A DNA stretch of 60,114 bases, counting the filler, from Sphacelaria rigidula (lineage: Eukaryota), in NCBI GenBank assembly GCA_964200075.2. It is 10 parts of 10 records of this genome, joined end to end, with 100 filler letters (N's around TTAATTAATTAA, not from the genome) between each part and the next. Parts side by side here need not be neighbours in the genome. Positions count along the whole stretch, not along the records: positions 18,067 to 23,988 come from CAXNAA020023471.1; positions 24,089 to 30,009 come from CAXNAA020023472.1; positions 30,110 to 36,030 come from CAXNAA020023473.1; positions 36,131 to 42,051 come from CAXNAA020023474.1; 6 more parts are not named here. One strand, given 5' to 3'. Position 1 is the stretch's first letter. Each line of letters opens with the position of its first letter. The position numbers and the translations under genes are program-made. Shown one piece after another: positions 23,383 through 37,239 of this stretch. The notes beneath the pieces were generated by a model. The model worked only from the letters and a program-made list of their open reading frames with translations, was not told the origin of the DNA and did no database searches.

Positions 23383-25060
23383 CGGTTGTCAGGGTGAAGG
23401 TGGCGCCGAGGCCGTGGCCGGTTCGAAAGCTTGATAGTCATCCAGAATTTGTTCCTGGTCTGCTTGGGCGCCACGAAGCCAGAGCCGGGGCGGAAAGCCC
23501 GACGGGCGATGCTCGACGCCCAACAGGGGGCGATCGTCCGTGTTAGCCGCGGGGGCAGGCACCGGAGCCGAGCCCGCGGCAGTAGAATTTGGCGGCGAAG
23601 GGACCGATTTCGCCGAAGCGGCCGTGACAGGGGTAAGACCCTGATCCGCCGCGGCGGAATCCGCTGGGGCCGCCGCGCGGGGAGCGGGAGGCGTAACACG
23701 GGTGCTCTCGGCACCCGTATCGATGTCAGCTGCCGTAGAAGGGGCAGGGGCTGCGATGGGTGCAGTAGTCGAAGGTGCAGGGGCATTGGCCATAGTTGCA
23801 GCGGAGCGTAAGTAGCGACGAAGATCTGCAATTTGTTGTTCGACAGCACGCACAGTGGCAGCATCGGGATGGGTGTACTCATGATTATGCGTGCCATAGT
23901 CATAAGACCATTGATCTCGCATCCCTACAATGCCGGAACGGAGCACGCTGGGTTTTCGACGGACCAGGCTTGCACTCAAACCACCAAGNNNNNNNNNNNN
24001 NNNNNNNNNNNNNNNNNNNNNNNNNNNNNNNNTTAATTAATTAANNNNNNNNNNNNNNNNNNNNNNNNNNNNNNNNNNNNNNNNNNNNTCGATCCTTGGT
24101 GGATGATGCGTGTCGTTAGCAGTGGTCAGCAGATACGAAGTGCAATACAATAGTCGGGCGACGATTATCAGTTTTGCCTTCAGAATTGGTTTGCTTTCGT
24201 GTGCTTTTCTCTGTGACCCGGTAGGGGGCGGAGTTGCACGATATGTTTCCCACCAAGTCATCATTAGACTGAAGAAGGTGTAGCCATGATCCAATTGCTC
24301 TATAGTCCACTATACAGGGTCATTATCCACCCTGTAACACAACGCGGTTTTCAGAGTGAAGCGGTGCGAACGAGACTCTGACTCTGAAAAAATCGCCCTG
24401 AAAAAAACTTCATGGCGGAAAGTGCACCGTTACCGGCTACTTTTCCTTCCACTCTGACTCTAAGATTTGAAGAAACCTTTCCCGAAACTCTCTATATTGT
24501 CCCATCAACTATGCATACTCTCCATCCTACTCTTTTACCCATGCCGACACCTTTCTTGTCTCTATCCTCTCCACTCCTTACTCGTACTCTGTTTCAGCGT
24601 GACTCGGAAGTGTTCTCCGTCCCCTTTTACGACTTTTCCTTATGCCAAACAGTATAAAACGAACTCCATTGCATTTCCTTTTGAACTCTATTCTCGTCAT
24701 GACACTACGAACTCCGAATACCAGCACTACTAGTCATATACTTCTATATCTTCTTTTTCCCCGCTGCTGTACTGGTTACATTTCTCCAGGGAGGTCATTT
24801 TTGCCGTGTAAGGTTCAAGGACGGCTTGCATAACACAAGGTCTTCCTCACATTGGGATGTCTCGTACATCACTTCTCCCACTCCGTGTACGATTCACTTT
24901 ATCATATACGCAATTCTGAAATCTGCCGTCCTTGAACATTCAATGAGCCGTTTGGTGGTGTTGTCGGTTTTATATAAGAGCGAACATGAACGGTATTTTT
25001 TAGATCACTTCGTATGGGAAAGATAACAGTTTTTGCCCGAAAGTTCCTCTTTTGACCCTT

Positions 25061-25557
25061 GGCCGGATGATATGGCACACAGATTGTTGGCCAACGGATT
25101 GTTCACTTTTGGGACGTTTGAGCCACTTTTTTATCCCCAAACAGGGAAAATCGCCAACACACGTCTCGGACACTTCGCATCACCCCACAGAGAGGAGCCT
25201 GGCCCACTTTCCAGATTCGCTGTGCTTCAAGGTTTTGAGAGCGGCCGCTGAACAATAATCTGTGTGTAATAAAATCTACGGCGATCTCCACAGATTATTG
25301 GGCAAACTGGCGGGGGTCGTCAAGCACAGATTTTTGCACACGAATATAATTATTGTTTAGTGGCCAATCTCGAAGTCTCGGAGCCAAGCGAATCTGAACA
25401 GTAGGCTAGGCTCCTGCCTCTCTGTGGGGTGATCTGATACAAAGTGTCCGACACGTTTGTTGGCGATTTTCCCTGTTTGAGGGTCAAAAAGTGGCTCAAA
25501 CATCCCAAAAGTGAACAATCCGTGGGCCAAAAAATCTGTGTGCCATAACATCCGGCC
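25061..25557. mobile_element. Fold-back MITE, 497 bp, arms about 210 bp
   Basis: GGCCGGATG.TATGGCACACAGATT...AATCTGTGTGCCATA.CATCCGGCC. Arms are colinear and diverged; no clear TSD. Confidence 0.9.
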
Positions 25558-27683
25558 TGTGAACGGTAGAGTTTTATCCACCGCGGCTCCCCAAAGCCGC
25601 AATGAGTTCGTAGCGGAAGCTGATGTGACATGGCTTGGTCCTGACGTGGATATTTTTTGTCGCATTGAATAGCCGCAGGTTGCCCCGCCAAATGCGCGAT
25701 CGACCAGTCGATGCGATAATTCCTGCGGACGTCACTAAATGCTCTCAGTACAAGCTTATCGTCAGCGATGCACTTGCTTCCGAAGTTCTCTGCTTGGTGC
25801 AGCGTTCATGTTGCACACATATATATATATGTGTCCAGCAGCATGTATAGCTTCCACCATCTCCAACCTGAGCAGCCGTAGCGAAGGGATATGGTAACAT
25901 AGGACCAATGTTGCAGTTACCCTTCGAGCCGTAATTCAAGTCACAACAGGGTGTGCCATCCCGTATATCCACTGCTATCCTGCAAAACCTGCGCCCTATT
26001 GTGCACCTGCTCTCCTCATCATTGCTATATCGAACGCCTCTCAGCAGGCGAAGCGCCTGCCCCTGTGACGGGAACCTCACGCAGGCGACGAGCTCTGCAT
26101 AGTACGCCACACTACAGAATCGTGGAGTCAGATCGACCACCTGTACAGTACATACACGACAATACGCTGGCATGTTGAACTCAGTTTATATGGTTACCGC
26201 AACCACGAAACATGCGGCCGATGACGGACGAGGAATAGACAAGCAAGACTAACGCTGCCCGCTTTCTTTCCTTTCTGAGGCCGTTGGTTGCTTCTATCGT
26301 TTTTATGTCCCTTCCTTTCTTTTTTGTATTTTTTTATTATTCTGTTCTATTTTTGCTGCTCCTGACCACGGGCTGGATTGTTGCAATCAGCTAATAATGT
26401 GAGATAATCGATCAATCGAATCAACTAAGCTTCTTCGTCCCATGCTGATTTGCGAGTGGTCGTGGATCTCTCACTGTGTTATAATTAGTACTGTCGTGCG
26501 ATTGTCTGCCGGGGATTTCGGGGATTTCGAAAACGCCTGGGTAGAAGTGAGTCAATATAATTCCTTGGATTTAATTTCCCGTATTTTTCTTCAATCCGCG
26601 CAAGGAAATTTCCGGATAGTTTCCTTGGATTTTGTGAGCTTTGTTTTCGTATCCCAACGTTTTTTCGTGAGAGGGGGGGTGACCCAGTGCTTTTTGACAG
26701 TCGGACTGCGCCCGGCGTCGAAGGCGTTACCGATGCGATTACCACACTTTAACTACAATCGCCAAAGCGGTGGGAGACTCACAACAGCAGCACAATCCAA
26801 TCATCCTCGACCCTACTAGGGGAATCCTACGAGGACAGCGGGAAAAAGGTGGGTTGCAATGTGTGGCTTTACCAGGTTCCTACGCTGAGGTGCAACAGGG
26901 ATGTACGGTGGATCTTGCGTTTTAGAAAGGATCGACCTTTCTGGGAGTGACGTAACAATTTGTGCCGGTTTGACCTGCCGCTATAACTACTCAACAAGTT
27001 CGGCGAACGATAGCTCAGTACCGATCGAGCTAGGCTTCTTATGGTAGCCCTCCGACAGCTGCATTATCCGTCTTCTTTCAAATATCCACCGCTGTGGTAG
27101 TGTGTAGTAGGTGGGCAACAGGCTGCCGGCTGAAGATCGCGCATGTTGTGTGTAAAGAGACGTCAACTCGTCCCTGTAGCGTGGTAACACGTGTGGTCTA
27201 CGGCGTTTTCTCGTTGTGTTGCGCTTGGTCAAAATCGTGTGTGTTGCAATGAATTGAAGCCAATGCACTGATCTTAGGGTCAGCTGGCTAGGGTGTTTCT
27301 CGTCATGCTACCGCACGATACAACAATCTGCGCTGTCGCTATGCATGCGGCGTTGACCTCGGTGCGCTTTCCTCATCAAACCAGTGCCGTGCGAACGATC
27401 GAACAGCAAATTGGACACTATAATAACGAGACTTCGCGAAACTGCAATGATCGAGTGAAGCCACAGTATTGCACAGCGATCGCGCCTGTAACGCCACCAT
27501 GGCGTTAGCCGATCCTTCTTCATGGCATTAGGCAATTTGAATCTGAACAAGTTACGCTCGACCACTCGGGCGAGTTGAGTGAAATTTGAATTTCTCATCA
27601 TTCACCTGAACAAATCTCGTGAGATTTCGGCGATGTGATCGTTAAAAAGTTGGCCGTGTCAAGCACATCACCACTGCTCGGAG

Positions 27684-27726
27684 GCACGACAAGCACGACA
27701 AGCACGACAAGCACGACAAGCACGAC
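27684..27726. repeat. Tandem 9-mer (GCACGACAA) about 5 copies
   Basis: Directly visible. Confidence 0.95.
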
Positions 27727-27855
27727 TACTCTCTGGTGAACTCACTGCGGTTGGTGCGGTATTTACTCACCCACACGTTGACATCAACAGCTCTGTTCAA
27801 TTCCCGGTGTAAATTATTCCCAGGAATGATGGGGTAGGAGCTGCAAAAGTAAGAG

Positions 27856-27917
27856 AGTGTCGGGTGCCATTGTACTGACGATCACGGTGTCGGGTGCCAT
27901 TGTACTGACGATCACGG
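27856..27917. repeat. 30-bp tandem duplication
   Basis: GTGTCGGGTGCCATTGTACTGACGATCACG twice. Confidence 0.95.
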
Positions 27918-28167
27918 TCGTAAACGTAACTCGATTCACGTTTGTGTCCTGACATCGACGACCGCGATGGCGTTGTGGACGAGAGTGCTTGAACGGCCAC
28001 GATGGCTTTGGTGATACGTGGGTTACGCGAGCGGCGCCCCCGTCTCGCTGCACACGGAGTTGTGCACCTAAACAGCGCCGCATTACCGAGTATTTAAGTA
28101 AAAGTTGCAGCCATCAATACAAAGGCCATACGCCCCTTTCATGACCAGGCCCTAGGTCCAGGTCCAA

Positions 28168-28560
28168 AACACGGGATTTTCCGAATTGGGGATGGATTAC
28201 TTATTGCTGATGAGAACCCAGAGAATTAAAATATCCGTACCCGCACCAAATGTTCGAAGTATGCTTCCATTTCTTCACTCGCCGGTAGCTATTGACAGCC
28301 ACTACACGCCATACAAATTTGGATTTCGATAACCGAAATGTCGGGGTCGGTGACAAACCAATTTTTGAGGGATTTCGGGTGTCCGATCGGACGCCAAAAT
28401 TGGTTTTTTACCTAGGACCCGACATTTCGGTTATTGAAATCCAAATTTGTATGGTATTTAGTAGTTTTCAATAGCTACCAGAGAGCGAAGAACTGGAAGC
28501 ACACTCCGAAGATTTGGTGTGGATAAGAAGATTTTGATTATCTGGGATTTAATCCCCAAC
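28168..28560. mobile_element. Second copy of the 1817-2259 fold-back MITE, right end eroded
   Basis: AACACGGGA start; shared internal arms AAATTTGGATTTCGAT / CCTAGGACCC and GAAGATTTGGTGTGGATA. Confidence 0.9.
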
Positions 28561-29224
28561 AAATAAATAAGCAATCTCCGACTCACTGTATTCCATCTAT
28601 CTGAGCCGGGTACAGACAAAATCATCACCGGGTATCGACGATATAGAATGTCAATATATCAAACCACCATCACTCATCACTACTAGGGTTCTGTGACGTG
28701 ACGATATATGTATCTATCGTATCTATCGTTTCCCATCAGGGGCGATATATCGCGATATATATCGCGATACCATGCATGCGTCGTGAAAGAAATATAGTCG
28801 CCGAGATATCGCAGGTAGCTGGCGATATATCGCGGGTGTGGGTGCTATGTGGTCATGTCTGTATTGCATATTATACAATGAACAGGAGTGGCCATACCTC
28901 GCCGTATGTACTGGTAATAATACGTCCCAGTGGCATGTCAAGGTGCCAGTTTGACGTACCAGGTAGGCAGGTGTCAGTGGTACGCCCGACTGGGATGTTG
29001 CAGGGTCTCAGGTCTTACTGGCGCAATACATGATACTATCTGTGATGGATGCCCGTGCACAAGACGGAGAACTGGAAAATAGTATGGGGGAGTGAGGCGT
29101 TCGGGTGTCGAGACTATCGAACACACACTGTGACGATGCTTGCCTAGAACCCATTCTGCATCTCCTGCGATACGTACTACGTAATGACCGCATTATTTGG
29201 GCATATAACATAGCCCGGAAGGGG

Positions 29225-29438
29225 TGTAATGCGAGAGAGGACCGCGTGCTTAGAGGACCGCGCCGTAGTTCAAAACACTTCAGGATTGATGTTTTTCAAA
29301 ACCAGTCGGGCCAGTCCCTGCAGGTACCACGCCCCTGACCATAACCCCAACACTAACCCTAACCCTAACCCTAACCATGGGGATGGTCAAATTCCGATGC
29401 GGTCCTCTAAGCACGCGGTCCTCTCACGCATTATTACA
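29225..29438 (+). mobile_element. MITE with TGT..ACA termini and internal telomeric (CCCTAA)n
   Basis: TIRs of about 35 bp (TGTAATGCGAGAGAGGACCGCGTGCTTAGAGGACC), AGGGG on both flanks. Second copy at 52232-52440. Confidence 0.92.
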
Positions 29439-30975
29439 AGGGGGGTGCGTTGTGTGGGGTCGATCACAGTGAGTGGATATTTTGACGTACGTTTCGGGAA
29501 CGCCTGTCCGACAGCATGGAGCACCAATAAATTTATTTGAAACCAGGTTTCAGGACGAGGGGACGACTACACATCGGACTAATATTTGAAGAACTATATA
29601 TATCGTTGACATCGTCAAGGGGTTGAAGTTGGGGCTGGGGTGACTAACCCTTTGGCTTTGTAGGGCCAGGCCACCAGACGGCAGTTGGACCGGCCATGAC
29701 ACCTATACTTGGCCTCATGAAAGATGATAGAGAATACCTGGAATCTAGTGCTGGAATCTATCGATAAGGCCAGACAGAGCCCCTGCATTGTGGTTGAGCG
29801 ACCTAGCATCACAAAGTAAGGTGGCTGGTTCTACCGAAGCGTCATCGCGTGACTGAGCGCATATTTGATTACCTCGTTAAATAAGTTGTTGTACTACTTC
29901 CTCTGTCCCATAAATAAAGGTACCTAAATTTGTACGGGTTCCTACGAGCTGGGCCAGCCTAGAGGCTGCATGAACGTTTGCAGGCGGATGCGCCGGCCAA
30001 TACTTGGAGNNNNNNNNNNNNNNNNNNNNNNNNNNNNNNNNNNNNNNNNNNNNTTAATTAATTAANNNNNNNNNNNNNNNNNNNNNNNNNNNNNNNNNNN
30101 NNNNNNNNNCAACAACAGAGGTCCCACGACCTTTTCTTACACATAGACCCCAGCGCTGAGTAGGACATTCAGCCCTTAACCCCCTCCCCCCACATAATAC
30201 CCAGCTCGGATTGTGCTAAAGCTTGCGACTGTCGCTTCTCAAGCGCAACAACTGCAATCTGCAGTGCATTATAGTACAACGCTGCACTTGCTTGCGATCA
30301 TCGCTTGACGAGCAGGACGCCTACCGCCTGCAGTACATTGTGGTGCATGTATTTCCAGGAACGCAGTTCTTACTGTCCCGAAGTTGTTGAAAAATTGTGC
30401 GATATCGTTGGAAGCAAAACTGTACGCGGACTGCAGCTATCATGTACGGTGTATATTCACTCGATTACACTACACAGCGTCGTGCTGACCGGTACTTTAT
30501 ACCGTCTGTACCACCCGACTAATTCCATTGCACCGTACATTTGACCTGGCATCACCCGGTAGGTACTGTATCGTGAGTTACAATGCGGTACGATACCGCA
30601 CCGGGCTACCTCCTACTGTTTGTGCTACATGGCCTGTACTGTACTAAAGGTTCGGCACTGTTTAGGTTGCTCGTGTACTCATCGCCCGCCGTACTGCATG
30701 TCACCCCCACCCACCCCAACCTCGGCTAATTGCAGCGGCAACCATGATGCTGCCGACGAGTACTGTCAGTTGAGTTGTTACACTATGGATACGGGTGTCG
30801 CGATATAGTCTACGCGCAGCTGGAATCGCGCTGGTTGTTGTTTTCCATTTTTGCCAAACCTTCGCAAGTGCTAAAACTGGACTTGACGGGTTGGTGTCGC
30901 TGCTTACTGTGCTTCACGAGTACAGTATTTATTTTTCATGGCGGCATGATTTAAACCTACGACATCTGTGTACAG

Positions 30976-31200
30976 TGTGTGTTGTGTGTTGTCGTCCCAT
31001 CTATTCATGGTGCCGGTCTACACCTTTCGGTATATGTGGGCGCACCAGCCTTGGTCACACAGGAGGAAGGTCAACACAGGAGCTTTTTCTTTTTTGTTTG
31101 TTTTTCGTACCCCACCTTCCTTCTGCGGTGCTCGCCTTTATTTTTCATCGCGAGGGAAATTCGCAGTCTCTTTCCCTCGTCAACCGTCCAGTCGTTTTTG
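30976..31200 (-). mobile_element. 5'-truncated copy of the tRNA-derived SINE family
   Basis: Shares CCACCTTCCTTCTGCGGTG...CCCTCGTC with 5253-5330 and 54194-54270. Confidence 0.85.
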
Positions 31201-33779
31201 TACAGTACTGCATGAAATAGTCACTTTATGCCAGACACTCTTGAGATTGTGTCGTACAACCCAATGTTTTCCCTGAGATTTCTGCAATCTTTCTTCATAT
31301 TTTACGTTCACCCCAACACCTCAGTAATTGGGTGACAGGCCGGGTAGATGTGCGGTGTGCACTAAGCTGCATAGTACAAAACTCATCTACTGCAATCAAC
31401 CTCTGACATTCAAACTTCTACGAGCACGACGGAATCATGATGTTTTCTACTTTCTTGCCCTTATTGATTCGAATTTCAGCAGCACGGGTGGTTTCCACTG
31501 TTCCGTCTCGCTGGCTGAAATGGATCATATATGGAATAAGTCAGAGAGGTAGGTCATGTCTTCAGCGCGGTACCAACCACCGTCGTTATCACCAGTCGAT
31601 TCTCTCCATGGCTCTTCGCGCCATGAAATTGGCGATGAGCACATCAAATCCGCACGTCCACGGACCTTATCGAAACACCGACGTGGAACCGTGACGTCGA
31701 CTCACTCCTTTCAAACTGACTAGATCCGCCTCTGTGAGGATACATGTCAATGTTGTGGCATTTCGTTTCATGAAGATACTGGGTATACCGCGGCCGATTG
31801 CATACCCAGATATTTGATGCGCACCTGTGAGAAGCTTTTCACAAACGCGTTCGGTGTACTCAGATTATTGTTTTTGGACCAAATCCTCACAACACGGGCG
31901 TATGCATTAAAAGCGTCACCCTCAACATCGCGATTCGCGCGGTTCAAACAACCACCCCCGATTTGATATTGTAACCACGGTAGTGGTCCCAGCAATCTCA
32001 ACCCACAGTTCGATCAGTCGTATTTTCAGGCTCGGGCGCAAAGGCTTCCGGCCCAAGCTATCATTTTGGCGCTTTTCACCCGTATGTACAGGGTCAATCA
32101 CACGACGGCACACGCCCCCTTGTGATTGGACTTGCACAACGGTTGAGCCCCGCCTAATTGATTTCTGTTCCTCCACTGATGCTCATGCGCCACTTGACGA
32201 CTTTTTGGAAATCACCAAACCCCGCGGTTTTCAAATGAGCATACAGGGGGGCGATTCAGAGTGTACAACTGCCTCAAAATTAGGCCGTCGTTCTCTGCCC
32301 GTTTTGAATACACTTCGCGTTCATTCCTCAATGTCTGCCAAAGGCCCACATTAGGGAACCATCGATTAGAAGTGCCCCCCCTTTTCTTTCGCTCGGCCAG
32401 TAGACACACATCACAGAACTGAATCAATGTCGTACGGCACAGGTGCAGGTTTGTGGTGCGGGTACACTGGGCTCGATCAGACTGTCATGATGGGTCAGAC
32501 TGTCATGATGGGTTCCATGGCAGCAGAATCCCGTGCATCGTTGCATGACTCCCAATTGCGCAATGACCAACCCCAGAGTTTCAATTCTAGACTGATCACC
32601 TAGTTTTACCTCCAAGTGGTATTAATCATAGCCAGTTGAATCCTTTTTCCTCGCGGGATCGGCAGTCATGTGGTATAACACCTCCCGCCCCCGAAGCAGG
32701 TACATCTTTTGTCGTGGTAGCTGTTACCCTTGCGACCATTCATTGTAGAACAATAAAATCAAGGCCACACACCAGCCCCCAAACATGCTTAGGTGCCAAG
32801 CCGACCCTGTTACACCCACGAACGAAATGACGTCGGTGCCCGGTCCCTTTTCATTTGATAAGCGTAACTTTTCGAGCACGGAGCGCAACCGTGTCGAACC
32901 CTGCTTTCCGTCGCTCAGCAGGTTGGGAAGGAACCCCAAGCATAGCGCCGGTGGAGCGCCACGAGCGTGACCGAGGGCGAACTGTCCTTGACCAATTCCC
33001 AATAACCCCTGCAGCAGCCGAACCTCTGGTGCGCTATACGCGTCACCCTCGGCGGGCGCCTCCGGATGACCGTGTAGATATCCCCAATGACGCAGTTGCA
33101 CCCGTCCACCGAAGTCGTGAACAGGTGTGGGTTTCATTAGATGAAGGCGATACTGTCGACCAGGCCGGTGTTCCCCAGATTTCGAACAGATCAACACTGC
33201 TCCCTGCCGACCCCTCACATACTATGTTAGAATCCACCATTAAAATAGCGTTGTCATTTCTTGGGTCAGTTACCTCGCTGCTGATTGGGCGTTCGCCTCC
33301 TTGTCATGGAACCCCCCCGCCTAGCTTTTCATCACAAGGAAAACGTGGCGTTGTGACCGACGAGCCATCCATACTTGACCGCTCGTCTCCTGTTTTACCA
33401 ACGTCATCTCCAACTAACACGGGTAGCGAATGGACTACTGTAGCCAAATCGCCTTCACCCTTTGACGAAACGTCCCCTTCTTTGCCCCCACTTCATACTG
33501 CACCTTCGCCAGCTTCGCAAACAGACGCTTCGCTACTTGTTGCGGCTGACCGAGGTCTTTCAAACCAAACGCAACAGTTGTCGCGGCCAGCCACGACAAC
33601 CGCTTTTCCCAGGCTTCGTCCATCCGTACAGTATACCAATTTCAACACTCGACCGATTCCCCAACACTGCAAAAGACACTCCATGCCCCAACCTACCTCC
33701 GGACAGAAATCTTGCTCCGAAGGATCATCAGCGTGTGTAGTGCAGCGCAGCCGCTCATAATCACAAGCACGATTTGCCC

Positions 33780-35962
33780 ACAGGTTTCTTGCCAGAATTT
33801 GGATCAGTCTTCAGCGGAACTGCAATCATCGATGATGCCTCCCTTCACGACGAAAGTAGGGCGTCAGCTTACTACCAACTTGTGATGGACCCGCAATCTA
33901 AAGAACTGACGGCGTGTTGTACACCATCAGGTTTACGAATGGCTGATAACACCACAAGGTGCCGCCGACGCCCCCGGGGCGTTTTAATGTGTGATTTGTT
34001 ATGGTGAGTGATGGATTCTCCAAGTGCCATGTGTACCCCGATGATCTGTTAATACACGATAGCACACTTCAGAACATGCCAAGCACTTGACGTCTCCCAA
34101 CGCTCTCTTTGAAGAGCACAACTTGAAACTTGCCCCGTCCAAATCCCGCGTTGGAGCGACTAACATCGAATTTCTGGGCCACTGAATCACTCCTGATGGT
34201 CGTAGTCCAAACCTCAACAAGATTGCCGCACTTGCAGATGTGCCCATGCCACTGGATACATCTCAACTGCGCTTCTTGCTCGGCGGTTTGAGCTACTACC
34301 GACGGTATTTGCCGAACCTAGCCCAAATCTTCAAATTTCTCACCCCCCTTCTCGAGGAAATAAGAGGTAAGATTCGTATTTACGTCGGAAATGAAGAAAA
34401 CAGTACGTCACTGCCTGACACACTTTCGCGACCACCAATCTTGGTTTTTCCAGACTAGTCGGCCGCTGAAAATGGTTTACGTCCGTTCCGACTTCATACG
34501 GACTCCTCCGAGTTTGTCACGTTCAAGAAGAACAACCAGATGCTAACATTCGCCCTATTGTATACTGGAGTCGAACCACCTACCCAAACGAACAAAGCTG
34601 GTCAGTCATGGAGCAAGAGGCCGGCGCGATTGTTTGGGGCGTGAGACGTCTCCGTCAGTACTTGTATGACATTCCGTTCGTGATTTATAGAGATCATGAG
34701 TCTTTGGAAAACCTCGACAGTCCTGCCTTGGGACGTGTTATGGATCCCACCGAAAACATTGTATATTTCTTGAGCAGAAGCGGTCATAACGGAATCTACA
34801 CACCACTCTCACTGAACAACAACTCGAAAGTTGTCATCGATGGGCTGACGACTACAGCTCACGCTTCTGTACTAGGCAGTATGCCACCTCAATCGTTGTC
34901 TTCAGTTTGGAGTGGAGCAAGTACAAACCCGAGCGGGTATGATCATCCGTGCAACTGGTCATTGTATGGTTTGTGCTGCAGATGTAGAACCGTCTTGTGC
35001 TGACTTCGCCCTCCCGGTTCAAGTTCGAGATCTCATCTCGAATAGAACCCGGGGACGGCGGACCGTCGATACGGCCGCCACCCTGGCGGTCTTTGGCCCA
35101 AACCTTCCCATCCCGGTGCGCGATACTTTCCTTGCGCCTCCTCAATCACCGCGGTGCAAGGCCCCCAGAAGATCGACCCCATCCACGGCACCCCTTCCTA
35201 CCATATCCGAAGCCTCGGCTTTGCCCCCCTTCCACGGTGATGATGTACCCACTGATACCTCACCATCCGATGCGCTAGTCGACGTAGGATTCGAAGACAT
35301 TGTTCCGCTTGACAGAACTCTAACTGATCCCCCCGCTCATGATCCAAATATCCCTGATTCGAGTGAACACCGCCGTGACACGAACCCTTTCATTTTGGAT
35401 AAACCGTCGGACAGTGTATTCAAGGAACGTTTGACCCTTCTCTCCCACGCCGATTGGGCCAGGGAACAACAAGCTGATCGTGCTTGTAGAGCGGCTATGC
35501 ATCATCTATCCAAAGACTGCCCGTTTCCTTTCCCAGCAACCGAATTCCTCTTGCTCGTTGAGAACCACAAACCCCCCACACAGGATGAAGTTACTGAACT
35601 ATCACAGAAAGGTATGCTTAATACAGATGATAATGGTGTCGTTCTCTTAGTTCGCCGGCCCACAGCGCCCCTTCGTGTGGGTAAACCTACCAGTGAACAT
35701 ACCTATTCGTCAGGTGATGACCCCGCACGGATTTATGTCCCGATGCTGCTGCGCACATGGGTTTTCCATGAGTGTCATTCGCAAGCATCGACACATCTAG
35801 GAATTGCTCGGATCTCCCAGATGCTTGAGCGTTTTCATTGGTGGATTTGTATGGATCAGTGTGTACGCTGGTGGGTGAGGCGTTGCCTTTTGTGTGAGAC
35901 GCGAACAACTTCGCGCCAAACGGTTCGGTGGCCAGTTATTTTCATGCCACCCCCTAACGAGC
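33780..35962 (+). mobile_element. Ty3/gypsy pol relic (RT, RNase H, integrase zinc finger)
   Basis: ASAYYQL, LKLAPSKSRVGATNIEFLGH, LGGLSYYRRY, EQEAGAIVWGVRRLRQYL and CHSQASTHLG...RCLLC. The RT tail resembles that of the 18067-23979 element. The Pro/Ser-rich ORF 32855-33760 may belong to it. Confidence 0.93.
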
Positions 35963-37147
35963 CTGCAGAGACGGCGAAACAGAACGGGGATAAGATATGT
36001 AAGAGGTTCTTGTGTAATGTATGGAAGAAANNNNNNNNNNNNNNNNNNNNNNNNNNNNNNNNNNNNNNNNNNNNTTAATTAATTAANNNNNNNNNNNNNN
36101 NNNNNNNNNNNNNNNNNNNNNNNNNNNNNNGCTTGCGCGTCATGGCGAGTCGACTCGTATAAATCTTGATTTGTCCTAACCGTGAAACAATATCTTTGGA
36201 GTCCGATGAACCCCTAGACCGCGAGGGTAGTCCATCTGGACCATATATACTTTTTGCAAGTGAAAAATGATGCCGATTCAACATGTGACCAACCGTCGCG
36301 GTCAAAGGGTTAACTAAAGTAATATTCAAAGAAAAGCCATGCCCACGGAACAAATATACTTGCACAACGCGAGTCGTTTATCCGACAAAAGCTGTGGAAT
36401 GATGGCAGCCGATAAATCAAGTTTCTCAAAACATGACGAGGTTGTGGATCAACACCCGCCCAGTCCACATTACACACCCGGTGACTAATTGTACTCCACT
36501 CGCCTGTGTAGGGGCCGTCCCCGTTGAAGTTCATCAGTACATATGGCTCATTTTGGCCCAGTTTCGATCCGCATCCCCTCCCAAAAATGGTTCAGCTTGC
36601 TGGTTTCAGTTACTGGCGTTGGGCTACAGATGTTCATGGGTGATATTACTTGATTTGAGTGTTACAACGAGAATCGGAATTTGAGTAGGGCTGACGGTCC
36701 CGTCTGGTCCTCGGGTGCGCACAACGCGTTTTCGTTGAAATCGGCGCCAAAGAAGCAAATTTGGGGTCCACCAAGGCCTCACTTTCTTCAGGGAATGTAT
36801 GACCGCCCATGCCCGAGTGTTCTCGGTGTGATTTGGGTTGGTTCAACCCAATCAGCCTCCTTACATGCCAGGGTATCCCAAGCTCGGACGAAAGGCGACG
36901 CAGTGGCGTGTAATATATGAGGAACAAGGGAAATAACTGTAGGGTTCTAATTTTAGATGGCAATCCACTTTGTTTCGACATGAATTTTGGATCCATGCGG
37001 TTCTCTTCCGATGACGCAAGGCGCATTTTGCTCCACGAGCCTGGATAAACCCCAGGAGTCGGTCTGTGCGTGTCTGTTCGTGGTATTGGTCGGTGACACT
37101 TTTTTGCCCATTTTGGGGGGTCAGGCGCGCCCATAACAGTGTCTCAC

Positions 37148-37239
37148 CTCATCGATGCAGTCCAGGACGAGCGTGTCTGCGTCGATGTAAACCACCTTCT
37201 TGTACTGGGTCATGCCCCACACCCGCAGGCTCGTGTACC
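37148..37239 (-). CDS. GT8 glycogenin-like glycosyltransferase, DxD exon (GYTSLRVWGMTQYKKVVYIDADTLVLDCIDE)
   Basis: Classic GT8 signature YxKxVYxDADxLVLxxIDE; TGTAG acceptor and GAG|GTGAGA donor. Confidence 0.93.

Larger units (their letters stand above)
18067..23979 (-). mobile_element. Ty3/gypsy element: long gag, protease, RT (cut by contig end)
   Basis: CINCNGTGHSMRDC zinc knuckle; LLDDSGSPQTFI protease-like motif near 19720-19755; RT motifs SPWASPLVVIPKKDG, DLASGFFQ, RMPQG and YLHD. Frameshifted. Confidence 0.95.

Noticed and set aside
13900..23988. Convergent gypsy elements as one composite locus
   Set aside because: They lie on different contigs separated by an artificial spacer.
29340..29378. 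Chromosome end
   Set aside because: Only a few CCCTAA units, enclosed by TIRs in mid-contig.
31560..32420. Possible decayed gag or protease on the minus strand
   Set aside because: Only a vague knuckle-like trace; not supportable without a search.
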